A DNA stretch of 64,000 nt from the human T2T-CHM13v2.0 reference genome, Homo sapiens: NCBI RefSeq assembly GCF_009914755.1, contig NC_060939.1; one strand, written 5' to 3'. Under the pieces are notes generated by a model. The model searched no databases, was not told the DNA's origin, and was given only the letters and a program-made list of their open reading frames with translations. This document shows positions 30,945 through 46,590 of the stretch, in pieces. Each line of letters starts with the position of its first letter. Position 1 is the first letter of the stretch. The translations under genes and the position numbers were made by a program.

Positions 30945-32264
30945 CGTTCCTTCCTTCCTTCCCTCCCTCCCTCCCTTTCTTTCTTTCTTTTTCTTTCTTT
31001 CCTTCTCTTTCTTTCTCTCTCTTTCTTTCTTTCGTTTTCTTTCTTTTGACGGTCTCCCTCTGTTGCTGAGGCTGGACTGTACTGCCCTGATCTCGGCTGG
31101 CTGCAACCCCCCTGCCTCGGGCTCCCGTGATTCTCCTGCCCCCGCCTGCCGAGTGCCTGGGATTGCAGGCAAGCGCCGCCACGCCTGACTGGTTTTTCTA
31201 TTTTTGGTGGAGACGGGGTTTCGCCGTATTGGCCGGGCTGGTCTCCAGCTCCTGACCTCCAGTGATCTGCCCGCCTCGGCCTCCGGAGGTGCTGGGATTG
31301 CAGACGGAGTCTCGCTCACTCAATGCTCAATGTTGCCCAAGCTGGAGTGCAGTGGCGTGATCTCGGCTAGCTACAACCTCCACCTCCCAGCCGCCTGCCT
31401 TGGCCTCCCAAAGTGCTAAGATTACAGCCTCTGCCCGGCCGCCACCCCGTCTAGGAAGTGAGGAGCGTCTCTGCCTGGCCGCCCATCATCTGGGATGTGA
31501 TGAGCCCCTCTGCCTGGCCGCCCATCGTCCGGGATGTGAGGAGCACCTCTGCCCGGCCGCCCATCGTCTGGGATGTGAGGAGCGCCTCTGCACGGCCGCC
31601 CCATCTGGGATGTGAGGAGCGCCTCTGCCCAGCCGCCACCCTGCCTGGGAAGTGAGGAGCGCCTCTGCCCGGCCACCCTGTCTGGGAAGTGAGGAGTGCC
31701 TCTGCCCGGCAGCTGTGCAATCTTCCAACTGTGAAGTGACATCCTTTCCGCAGGTGTACCCAACAGCTCCGAAGAGACAGCGACCATCGAGAACGGGCCA
31801 TGATGACAATGGTGGTTTTGTTGAAAAGAAAAGGGGGAAATGTGGGGAAAAGAAAGAGAGATCAGATTGTTACTGTGTCTGTGTAGAAAGAAGTAGACAT
31901 AGGAGACTCCATTTTGTTCTGTACTAAGAAAAATTCTTCTGCCTTGGGATGCTGTTAATCTATAACCTTACCCCCAACCCCGTGCTCTCTGAAACATGTG
32001 CTGTGTCAACTCAGGGTTAAATGGAATAAGGGCGGTGCAAGATGTGCTTTGTCAAACAGATGCTTGAAGGCAGCATGCTCGTTAAGAGTCATCACCACTC
32101 CCTAATCTCAAGTACCCAGGGACACAAACATTGCGGAAGGCCGCAGGGACCTCTGCCTAGGAAAACCAGAGACCTTTGTTCATGTGTTTATCTGCTGACT
32201 TTCTCTCCACTATTATCCTATGACCCTGCCACATCCCCCACTCTAAGAAACACCCAAGAATGAT
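30945..32264 (+). mobile_element. SVA retrotransposon (SVA_A-like): CT-rich 5' end, Alu-like domain, short VNTR, SINE-R; no poly(A)
   Basis: Pyrimidine tract 30947-31047; ggtctccctctgttgctgaggctggactgtactgcc (A-type Alu-like domain); about 7 VNTR units at 31427-31710; HERV-K LTR-derived SINE-R ending cacccaagaatgat; candidate TSD aaatttaaaat (30934-44) / aaattttaaat (32265-75). Confidence 0.92.
31427..31710 (+). repeat. SVA VNTR (~37-40-bp GC-rich units)
   Basis: Repeated gcctctgcccggccgccc...ctgggatgtgaggagc units. Confidence 0.9.
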
Positions 32265-32308
32265 AAATTTTAAATATTTATTTTTCCTCTTTTAAAAAAG
32301 ATCAAAAA

Positions 32309-33646
<1,338 letters not shown>

Positions 33647-34470
33647 TAATAATTTAATAACATGATTTGAACTTAAAAAAAGATCAAAAATGTAAAAAAT
33701 ACAAAAAGAAAATTTATTACCTAATCCCATAAACCAGACCTAAACATTGCTAATGATCTTGTTTCATATATATATATATCTACTTATCTATATCTATATC
33801 CATATCCATGCTGCAAAAATCTCCATACAAATTTGTTTTTAAAAATCTTTAAGCAACCCAAATTGTCCTGGCTATGTTTATTAAGTTTGGCACATGATCT
33901 CCTTGTCAAAATGATTTTTTAGTTTTCTTTAAATAATGTGACAATGTACTTACAGTAGTTGATTAATACATCTCTTATTCATAATTAAACTAGGATTATT
34001 TGACTTAATGGCTTTAATTTTGATAAAAGTGCAACATCGATGCAGGTTTATAATAAATGCAAATTCTACTATTAGAAAGTACTTAACAAGAGTCCATTCT
34101 TGCCATTCATACTATTTATTTTTGAAGCATTTATACCTTAACTGACTCAGATTCATCAGTGATTCAGAAAGCAGCAAATTGTGTCCTTTATTGTCTCTTC
34201 AAGTTCTCTTCTCTCTCTCTCGTGGCTCTTTTATTGACAACCTACTGATGAGAATGGTGCACCTGAGCTACCTTCATTCTCTGATCCCCCTTTAACCCTG
34301 CACACTCGGGATTCCTCTCACACTTCTCTACTGGTACTAGGCTCTTGTATTTGCTAGGTAGAGGCTCAGCTAATTCTAATGGGGACCTTCAAATAATATC
34401 TAGAGCTCATATGGTAATCTGTAACATTAGGGACCCAGGTTCCTTCTACTCATCGTTTCATCCCTGTCCA

Positions 34471-34556
34471 CATGATCTAAATGGCTCCTCACCATTTCCC
34501 AAGAGGCTCCTCACCATTTCCATGATCTAAATGGCTCCTCACCATTTCCCAAGAGG
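34471..34556. repeat. Complex tandem duplication: 36-bp unit, 14-bp internal piece, 36-bp unit
   Basis: catgatctaaatggctcctcaccatttcccaagagg at 34471-34506 and 34521-34556, separated by ctcctcaccatttc. Confidence 0.9.
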
Positions 34557-34599
34557 GAAAGGAAAGAGGAGGGCATCCCATCCCTATAATACAGCTGTC

Positions 34600-36445
34600 A
34601 TTCATTTGTCCATAAGCTGTGATCATCAGATATATTGCTTCATTGTTATTTTGAACAATGTATTATATCCGTTAATATGAAAAATAAAATATTTTATGTT
34701 ACTTACACTTCTTTCCTGATGCTCCCTGTTGCTTATGCAGACCCAAGTTTCTGACCTACACCATTTTCCTCCTCTCTGAAGAACTTCTTGTAATCCTTCT
34801 TTGCAAGGTAGGTCTACATCAATTCTTTTTTCTGATAAAGTCTTTATTTTTCCTTCACTTTTGGAGGATAATTTCACTGGGTACAAACTTCTAGGTAGAT
34901 TTTTTTTTCCTTTCAATTCTTTAAATATTTCACCACATGCTTTTCTTGCTTGCATGGTTTCTGAAAAGAAATCCAATGTCATTTTTATTTTTGTTCCTCT
35001 GTAGGTAAAGTGTATTTCCCTCCCCTGGCTTCTTTCTAGATTTTCTCTTTGTCTTTAGTTTTCTGCAGTTTGATTATTATGTGGAGGTGTGCATTTTTGG
35101 TATTTACCCTACTCAGTGTTATCCTAGCTTTCTAGATCTGTGGTTTTGAAAATGTTGAAAAATTTTCAGCCATCATTACTTCAAATATTTCTTCTGTTCC
35201 TTTCTCTTTCTTCTCCTTTTGGCAACCCTGTTACATATAGTTACACCCTTTGTAATTGTCTTATAGTTCTTGGGTATTCTGTTCCATTTTTAAAAATTCT
35301 TTTTTCTCTTTGCTTTTTGGTTTAGAAAATTTTTATTGACATATCTTCAGGCTCAATGATTCTTTCCTCTACTGTATCTAGTCTACTGGCACTCTTCATT
35401 TCTGTTACAAGTGGTTTCTTTCCTGGCATTTCCTTTTATTCTTTCTTAGCATTTCCAACTCTCTGCTTATATAACTCATCCATTCTTTCTTGTTGTCCAC
35501 TTTTTCATTAGACCTCTTAGCACCTTAGCATATTAATCATGGTTATTTTTAATGTTCTGATACTTTCAAAATCTACTGTGTCTGAATATGGTTTGCTTGT
35601 CTCTTCAGACTATGGGGTTTTTTTTGTTTGTTTTTTGCCTTTAGCATGCTTTGTAACTTTTTGTTGAAAGCCAAACATACTGTATCAAGTAAATGGTACT
35701 GTGGTAAACAGACCTTTCATGTGAGGCTTTATGTTTATCTGATTAGTATATAGACTGTGTTTACTATTGCTATTGTAGTAGGTGTGAAAGAATAAAATTT
35801 CCCCTAGTGTCCTTGTTTTTCTCTGTTGTCTTCGGGTTTCCCTAGAGACTCCTTCTCAAATAGTGTCTGAGTCTTATAGTTTCTTTCTCCCACATCAAAG
35901 CCTTGAGGAGGCTGAAGTTGGGTATTTTCCTTCTCCAGAGTCAGTTAGAGTCTAGTAAAACTCAAACAAGCTAGATACTATTAAAATAGATCCCTTGAGA
36001 ACAAGCCTTTGTTAAGGAGAACAGAATGCTCTATGTGTATTTCAAAATGATTATTCCCCGTCTTTATCTCCCCTACCAGAGCATGAGGGGATTTTTCTCT
36101 GTTCTTTACCCTGAAAACCTTATGGGACTCCTAGAGGTAAAACTGATGATCCCTAAAGCTGGATCTCCAGGAAGTGTTCTCTCAAACTAGTCCAAGGCTC
36201 AATATCCAACAGTTAGTCCATTATCTATAGTATTGTCTCCAGTAGCAACTTCTGTTCCCAGTATGCTGTGATACTCTGTATTTACCTGTCTCTGCCATTT
36301 CAGGGGCAGCAGTTTGCCCTGTGGCCTCAATTACCTGATGGATCTAAGAAGAGCTGTTGATTTTCAATTTGTTCAGCTTTCTTCTTATTGTGAGGATGGA
36401 AGTGATAACTTCCAAGCTTTACACATGTTGGACCAGAAACCAAAA
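34600..36445 (-). mobile_element. Ancient L1M 5' region / ORF1
   Basis: ORF1-like MTLDFFSETMQARKACGEIFKELKGKKNLPRSLYPVKLS (34626-34982, minus strand). Confidence 0.7.
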
Positions 36446-37880
<1,435 letters not shown>

Positions 37881-39871
37881 TGGAGCTCTTGCAGGGTGGA
37901 GGGGAAGGAGAATCAGCATTCTCCCTGGGAGAAAGTCCCTATCTATCCCATATCAGCCATACCAGCTCTAGCTTATCTTTTGCATATGTTGAAAAACATC
38001 TTAAAAACAGTTTGAATACAAATAATCTACCTTACTCTCCTTTTATTTTGCAAGTGAGGAAACTAGCTGATCGTCAAATCCCTGAGTAAATTTGATGTGT
38101 AGTTTAAAATAAAGTGTAAAATTACAAAGGCAAAAACAGGTATGACATGGATATACAACAGAAGTAAGTGAATCAGTAAAATGGCAGTCTTGTTCCTAAT
38201 GAAACATTCTATTCTGTCATTATAAATATTTATTCACAGATACAACTATTCAGCTTTATGCAAATATCATAGAGGAAAAATATGTAGATTTGTCGTTTTT
38301 CTTATCTCAAATTGGAGCTGCATTTGAAAAGGTTAAAAGGCTGTATAATTACACTGTTATTAAATGTCACATGGATCAATATCATTCAGGTTAGGCCAGG
38401 TGGTCGTGTAACTCAAGTGTTAGTTATTTGCAAACCTGCTCATGAGTGGCCCCTAAGGTTATTATTAGTGAGGTACCAGCTCTTCTCTTGACTTCATTGC
38501 TGTTAGTGTCAGCAAACCAGTGAACCTCTGCCATGTCTTTCCTGTTTATTCATAGAATGTAGTATTAGAACGTTCTTGCTTTTCATGTATGATTGTTTCT
38601 ACCTTTGAGTATATATCTCATGTAACATTTTAATAATCCTTTTAATATGCATAGCTCATTTAAAATGTATACTAGCCAGCTTGTTATTAATTCTCTTTGG
38701 CAGAGATAAGTTAGCTGAATACTAAAAAGCAGAGAAAGAAAGCCACCAGGACTCTCAATTATTAATAGGAGTTATACCCAGGGACTTTTTGACACTGGAT
38801 ACAGGTAGTGAAAGGTCTTATTTTAAAATGGCAAAAGACTGACAGCAAAAGTGCTCTGAAAAATCTCAAGCGAAATGATGGAAACAAGAACAGAGAATAA
38901 TGTATATATTTTTAAAAGATTTAGAGAAGTCTGACACTTAATCTTGGAAGAAAAACTAATCCAAGTTTTTCACAGTAATTAGAAACCATTGAATTTTTGT
39001 CACTTACCTAACCATGTTTATATATTGTAGCGATTGTCTTTAATAGAATAAGAACAGCACAAAATTGTGGCTTATTATAAAGCATAAGGTGATGGTTACT
39101 TTTTAAAATCTACATTTTTTATTGTCTGGTATCTCAGGAGGGTGTCAAGGAGCAGCTGAAAGGGACAAATAGGGGTATTATTATATAAGATACTAGAAAT
39201 TTTAATATAGCATTAATATTTTGACTTAGGAAAAAGTTTATAATTGGGTATTTGTGTGCCTGACAAAATATACAACTACTGCCCTCCACTGTATCCTAAA
39301 ACAGAAAACTTAGACTCCGAGTTCCAAATTAAGTTTTATACATATATTGCTAATACAAAGGATCACAACATATCATAAATTACAAATGTAGCACATTTGG
39401 AATAGAAATATAACTAACATTTTAAATTGTCTGCGCAAAATAATTTCACTAGTCACTTTAGAGCTTGGAAGCATTTTGGTGTAGCATTTGGTGTCTCAAG
39501 GATCATTTAAAATCTATTAAGATCACGTGCATGGATGCGTTCCTTTTCTTTTGATCGATTTCCCTGCAGCAACAAAAGGCATTCAAGATAGTTACCTTGA
39601 TCCCAAAGCTGTGTATATAATTTATTTATTTTTGGTGACCGTAGTATTTTTCTTCTTAAGAAGCATGTTTGTAAAGTGTCTATCACCTTTCTGTTTCTGT
39701 CACGGGGAGAGGGCCACTGCCAAGCATCCTGCCTTAGAATGGGGCTGTCTCTGCAAAGCATCATGCTTCGTGTCAGGAAGGTCAGGTATCTGGGGTCAAA
39801 TCTTGGCTCTGTTCTTTACTAACACGTGAAGTTTAACCTCCCCTAAACTTAGTTTCATTATCCGTTCACTA

Positions 39872-40255
<384 letters not shown>

Positions 40256-40690
40256 CTAATAAGCACTAATAAATGGTAGCTATGTAATAACAATGCTTCA
40301 CTCACTACTATTTCAGGACCAGGAGATAATATCTTTGGTGAAAAGAGTGAGGAAATAATGATAATCTTCAGCTCTCTTTTTTCCTTGCCTGTTGTCCTCT
40401 GTGTATCTCTCCACTGTGACCAGTAGTAGCAAGGAGTGGAGGTGGCTCAGGAAAGTTGGGCAGAGCCACAGCCAGGCTCCAGGACTACCTCAGTGTTGGT
40501 TTCAGGATTTCGGTGAACAGGGCAACATGGGTCATTGAGTTAATGTGAAGGCAAGCTCATCAGGATGGTAAAGCAGACAAAGTTTGAAGGAGAAACTTCA
40601 GTTTGGAGTGTAGATTATGCGTTGGGCTAGAGTCCTCTGTGTTGCATTTCTGAAGGAGTCTGAGAAAAGCAATATGTGACAAGATGGGCT

Positions 40691-40818
40691 ATAGGTCCAG
40701 AATTCTTTTTTTTCCAACCATTTTAATGATGAACGGTTAAGATAAGCTGATGTATTTCTTTCATATATATATATATATATATATAACATAGCACATGTAT
40801 ACATAGGTCCAGAATTCT
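40691..40818 (-). mobile_element. Tiny L1-mediated retro-insertion (near-orphan 3' transduction)
   Basis: Perfect 16-bp TSD ataggtccagaattct (40691-40706 / 40803-40818); poly(T) 40707-13; minus-strand ATTAAA at 40722-27; L1 3'UTR tag at 40785-40805. Confidence 0.8.
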
Positions 40819-41633
40819 AAACTTAGATGACCCTCATACGTATTAAATTAGTAAAGGCAATTTAAAAATTCTAAAACCATGTATGTGGGGCAATGGGGAT
40901 GTCGGTTGACTCATCCCCTGCTAGTGACATTGCAAATGAGTAATCTTTCAGGACAGCAAATTGAGTAAGATTTAGAGAAAAACATCACAAAACCAATCAT
41001 ATTGTTCAAGACTTTCTGAAGTAAGTAAAAATTGCATTCCTCTGTAATTTTGAAGGACCCTAGAGTAGCTCACACCATTGAAGACTGAGCTGTTGACCAT
41101 CTAAGGCCTGCATCCTATATCTCAAGATCCAAGAGAAACAGAGGACTGAATCTTTCCCTCTCCAACATGGACACTGATTGGACAGACTCAGGTCACATGC
41201 CCTTCCCCCAACACTGACAAATCAGTCATTTCCCAGAGGAATACAGGAGAATGAGGAGCCCATCCAGTGAAGGTGAGCACTATAAATGACCACTCCCTGG
41301 ACCACACTCCTCCTTGTGCATTTCCTGAAGAAAAGGGAGGTGAACAAGAAGACAGGAAATGGGAAAACATCCTAGACAAAATAAAATAGCCACCACGATC
41401 CAATATTTTCATCATGCTCTTTCTGATAATAATATTCCTGAGAATATATCCCAAGAAGTAAGTTGAAATGGGGGAAGAGAGGGTTTGTATGATTACTGTG
41501 CCAACATATTATAGCTGTGTATGTCTGAACATTAAAAAAACTAACTGAAAATGCTCCAAATGATCAAATGCCAAGGAATGGCTAAATATACTCTGGCAGT
41601 TTGCAATAATAAGCCAGTTTAACCTACTCAATT

Positions 41634-41890
41634 TTTTATTTTTTTAAATGACAAGTAATAATTGTACATATTTGTAGGTACATTGTGATGTTTCAATGAT
41701 ATAATATATAGAGATCAGATTAGGGTAATTACCATATTCATATCTCAAACATTTATCACTTCTTTGTGTTGGGAATATTCAATATTCTCCTTCTAGATAT
41801 TTTAAACTATATAATATATTATTGTGTGCTACAGTCATCTTATGGTGGTACGGAACACCGGAATTTATTCCTCCTATGTAGCTGTAATTG
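41634..41890 (-). mobile_element. L1M(A/B) 3' end fragment
   Basis: tttttaaatgacaagtaataattgtacata...gatcagattagggtaatt, typical antisense L1MA 3'UTR. Confidence 0.7.
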
Positions 41891-42271
41891 AGAGTGTACT
41901 TTGTTCAACAGTAACATAGTAGGAACATAAGGATGGATAAAACATGGACTCTGTCCTTAAATGGTCACCCTGTGGCATTACTGATCACAGCAATGGATAT
42001 TTTTGAGCACTCACCAGTTGATAGGCAATGTGCCAAGTTGATACATTCAATCGTCTGAACAATATTCTGAGAGAAGCACTTTAGTTATATCCATTTTATA
42101 GATGACAAAACTGATTTTAACTTCCCTAAAGTCACATGCTTAATAATTAATGGAAATGGGACTCCATCCCAGGCCTTCTAACTCTAAAGTTTCTAACTTC
42201 AAAGGTAACACTGTAATAGAGATTTAAAACAAAATTCTGTGGAAATACCAAAGAGATAATTCTTTCTAACA

Positions 42272-42598
42272 TTTTTTTGAGTTGTAATTTGACAAGCAAT
42301 GAGCTGCACATGTTTAAGGCATAGCATTTGATAAGCATTGAAATGCAGCTGTGAAGCCATCTGACCATCTATGACTACAGATTAATGTGCATTTCTAGAA
42401 TTTTAAGTTTGTCTGAAGTTTGTCAGATTAATTATATTGAGATCCAACCATAATGCTGCATGTATCAAAAGTTTATTTTATTTTATTGCTGGGTAATATT
42501 CCATTGTTTGGATATACCACGATATATTTATCCATTCAGCTGTTGAAAGACATTTGGATTGTTTCCAGTTTTAGTCTATTACAAGTAAAGCTGCTGTA
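42272..42598 (-). mobile_element. Ancient L1M 3' end fragment
   Basis: tattccattgtttggatataccac...catttggattgtttccagtttt. Confidence 0.65.
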
Positions 42599-43622
42599 AC
42601 AACAAAAGCACAGGCAAAAAAAGTAAAAATAGACAAACTGTACTACATCAAAATTTAAAACTGCTGTGCATCAAAGGACACAATCAACAATGAAAAGACA
42701 ACCTACAGAATGGGAGAAAATATTTGCAAAGTATATATCTAATAAGGGGTTAGTATCCAGAATATATAAAGAACTTCTACAACCTAACAGCAACTCAAAA
42801 AACCCCAGGCAATTAAAAAATGGACAAGGGACTTGAGTAGACATTTCTCAAAGAAATATACAAATGGCAAAGAAACACATAGAAAGACATTCAACATCAC
42901 GAGTTATTAGAGAAATGCAAATCAAAATCAACTGATAACACCTCTCACCCAAAGGATGACTATTATCAAAAAAATAGAAAATTACTAGTGCTGGAGAGGA
43001 CTTGGAGAAATTGGAACACTTGTGCCTTGTTGATAAGAATGTAAAATGGTGTGGCTACAGTGGGAAACAATATGATGATTCCTCAGAAACTTAAAAAAAT
43101 AGAACTACCGTATAATCTAGTAATCTTGCTTCTGTGTATATACCCTCCAATATTGAAAGAAGAGTCTCAGAAAGATATTTGTACACTTATGTTCATAGCA
43201 CCATTATTTGCAATAGCCAAAAGGTGGAAGCAACTCAAGTGTCCATCAACAGATGAACAAATAAACAAAATATCTTATGTAAATAAAATAGAATATTATT
43301 CAGCCTTAAAAAAGAGTAAAATTCTGACACTTGCTACAACATAGATAAACCTTGAGGACATTATGCTAAGTGAAATAAGCCAGTAAAAAAGAGGACAAGT
43401 ATTCTATGATTCCACGTATGTGAGATATTTAGATTAGTACAATGGTGGTTACCAGGGGCTGGAGGGAAGGATGAATGGGTACTTGCCATTAGTGGGTATA
43501 ATTTTTCAGTTTTGCAAGTGAAAAGTATTCTGGAGATTGGTTGTACCACAATGTGAATGAACTTACTACTGAACTGTACACTTTAAAATGATAAAGATGG
43601 TAAATTTTATGTAACACAATTT
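42599..43622 (+). mobile_element. L1MB-like ORF2 C-terminus and 3'UTR
   Basis: caacctacagaatgggagaaaatatttgc; ORF 43051-43344 ...[28 protein letters not shown]; 3' actgaactgtacactttaaaatg. Confidence 0.8.
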
Positions 43623-45759
43623 TTTGTAAAAGTCAGTATAGCGATTACCTTTGCAGAGGTGGGAAGGGGTTTTGATTAGGAAGGGGCACATCCATCTATT
43701 GTCATTTTATCCCTTTACTATAATTTTAATAGAGTTGTGGGAGAAAGTGAGATAAAGGCATGAATTTAAACTGTTGCACAAGTTTTTGGGTTTTGATTTT
43801 GTTTTAGATAATACTACCCAGTTACCAATGTGGGAAGCATAGACTGAAATCAGAAAACCCTCATGGCAGTAGATATCTGTAGGGAATGGTTATCATAGTC
43901 AAATTTAAACACACTCATGTGATTGGATCCCAGATAAGGAGAATAGGCAGAAAGGATAAATCCAAATCAGGTGATTGGGTCATATGGCCTTTAAGAATAT
44001 TTGCAAATTAGCTTCAGTTACTTATCAAGGAAATCTTTCTCTCCCAGTACCTCTAGAACTGATGCAATACGCTGACAATCCAATTTGAAGAAGTCATTTT
44101 GGTATGCTCACATTACTAGGATTCTAAAGATTTTTCCATTTGACTGGACTCACTGTACACCTCAGGTTCACTTCCATCAAATATTGAAATTTCACTTGGA
44201 TTATTTTCTTCTTTTCATTTGAGATCTGCCTCAGCCTCAGATTATTACGTTGCATTATCTGAACTAGAGGTTTAGATAGATAAGTGAAGCCCAGGTACAT
44301 TTTACCAGGAGAAGAGGACAAGTGGTATAGAAAACTAGTAGACACAGGGAACCAGCATCTATTGAATACATCTCTAAAGCTGTGCTATTGATTTTAAACA
44401 GGTTGTGTCATTTAATATTTATGACAAGCCTATGAAGTATATATTATCATTTCCTATTAAATAAATTAATATACAGAGGCTCAGAGAGCTTTGATAACAT
44501 TCCCAATGTTAACAAAGTCACACAGAATAAGGAAATAGAATTCAGAACTCATGGGTTTGTTTCTTCTGAGATTGTTTTCTGTCCTGCCTGGAGTGTTGAC
44601 TGGGTTTGTGAAACTTGATTGTAACCAGAACAAAGCCAGCAAGGCCCTTGACTGAGATAAGATCATATGCCTTTCTCATTTCTTCATGTGCCTTTTCCCA
44701 ATTACTGTGGAAAAGATGCTTCCCTAAAGAGAGAATGCAACTACACTTTGCCAAGAGGAAAGGGGATTCATACTCCACAGTTTGGCTTTGACTCCTATAT
44801 TAATACTGCCAGAGGATAAACAAATTCAAATTCCGTATTGTGAAATTTGGGGTTGTAGAATAAAGTATCACAAATTCAATGATAATTATGTTTAGATGTT
44901 AAGATTATCCCTGCTGCCAAATGACAAAACCAAATAGTGATGATCACTGAATTTGCATCAATCCAGACTTTGTACTTACTTATTCATGAATCCTACACTG
45001 ATTTTTACCCAACTCATAAAAGGTTTATAAGAGCACAAGAGGAGACATACTGAAAAGTTTTTAAATATTTAGTAAATGAATGGCAAGTTTTCTAATTATC
45101 ATGGAAAATTAAAGTCATCTTTTTAGTTCAATGCAACAAACTTGCATTAGAATGTTAAAGTAGTTTGTTGCTTAAAAGAGATAAAAACTCCTACTTTTGT
45201 GTTTAGAATCTGCCCCCTTGTATGGAGAGTTATGGAAAAAGTGAGTATGTTTCTAGATCTATGTAAAACAAACTTTTGCTGAAATACCATTTCCTCCAAT
45301 TTATCTGTCCCAGTCTGACTTATTTAGCCATTCTTTAACCTTGGATGTCTACTTATTGTGAGAAGCACCTGAACATTTAGATTACTGTTAATTCTTTGAA
45401 TAAAGTTCCAGGCTTTAAATGCCATTCTTTCCAGTACCCAGAGCAGTGGTTCTCAGTCTTGGCTGCAGGTAAGAACCAGTTATAGTGGTTAATTTTATGT
45501 GTGAACTTGACTGGGCCACAAGGTGCCAAGATACTCAGTTAAACCTTATTTCTGGCGTTGTCTGTAAGGGTATTTCTGGATGAGAATAATATTTGATCAG
45601 TAGACTGAGTAAACTAGATTGTCCTCCCCAATGTGGGTGAGCCTCATCCAATCCATTGAAGTCATAAATAGAATAAAAGGCTGAGTAAGAAAGGAATCTT
45701 TCTCTCTGCCAGTTTTCAAGCTGTGACATCAATCTTTGCCTCAGACTTTGAACTTGGAC

Positions 45760-46220
45760 TGTTACTGAAACACCAGGGGTTTGGTCTAGGTCCTGCAGCT
45801 CATCGCACAGAAAGCCAATCACTGAGACAACAAGTATTGCCAAAGAAGAAGGCTTTAATCCAGTGCTGTAGCCAAAGAGATAGGAGCTTAGTCTCAAATC
45901 CATCTCCCTGACCAACTAAAACCAGGGGTTTATATAGCAGGGAAGAAATGTAACACTGTGTAAGAAAACAGGAACTAGGGAGGGGCAAGGAAGCAATCAT
46001 GATGAATGAGGGGTCCAAAGTATGATAGTCTGGATGTGGTGATCTGGTTAGTTTCAGTTCTTTGACACTTTTTTTTTTTTTTTTTTTTTTGAGAGGCCTG
46101 AAGGTCCTTTCCTGAGGAAGGAACTCAGATAAAACAAAAAGTTTCAAGCTTTAAGACCAGAAAAGTCAGTTTATATGTTTATCTAAAAGAACAGTCCACA
46201 GGACTATTATGTTGGTTTCA
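45760..46220 (-). mobile_element. Solo ERV LTR (LTR47/LTR26-like; family uncertain)
   Basis: TG...CA ends (tgttactg...ggtttca); 4-bp TSD ggac (45756-59 / 46221-24). Confidence 0.8.
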
Positions 46221-46371
46221 GGACCCAGATTAAAAATTATACCATCAGCTTTCCTGGTTCTTGTTCCTTTGTAGTTAGACTGGACTGAACTATATCATCA
46301 GCTCCTGGGTTTCCAGCTCATAGACTGTAGATTGTTGCCTTCATAATCACATGAGCCAATTGCATATTTAA

Positions 46372-46560
46372 GATATATAATGTATATATAAATTATATAT
46401 TTTTTGTTTCTCATATGTGTGTGTGTATATATATACACACAAGTGTGTGTAGTGTATATATATATACACACAAGTGTGTGTGGTGTATATATATACACAC
46501 ACACAATACAAGTGTAATATATTGGTTTTGTTTTATATGTGTGTGTGTACATATATATAA
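46372..46560. repeat. Compound (TA)n/(TG)n/(CA)n microsatellite
   Basis: Repeated gtgtatatatatacacacaagtgt units. Confidence 0.9.
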
Positions 46561-46590
46561 AATACACTTACTCCTATTGGTTTTGTTTTA

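Larger units (their letters stand above)
45481..46590 (+). mobile_element. MLT2 (ERVL) LTR, split by a younger LTR and carrying a microsatellite
   Basis: 5' gtggttaattttatgtgtgaacttgactgggcc; 3' cataatcacatgagccaatt...ctcctattggtttt. Confidence 0.8.

Noticed and set aside
31427-31710. Regularly spaced GC-rich repeats resembling a CRISPR array
   Set aside because: SVA VNTR: tandem units without unique spacers, in a primate genome.
44932-45006. C/D-box snoRNA-like arrangement (GTGATGA ... CTGA, ~70 nt)
   Set aside because: Weak terminal stem, no convincing C'/D' boxes, no guide complementarity I can recognise; such motif pairs are expected by chance in 64 kb.
46410-46510. Quasi-palindromic TG/TA/CA arrays
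   Set aside because: Ordinary microsatellite expansion at the usual position in MLT2 LTRs.
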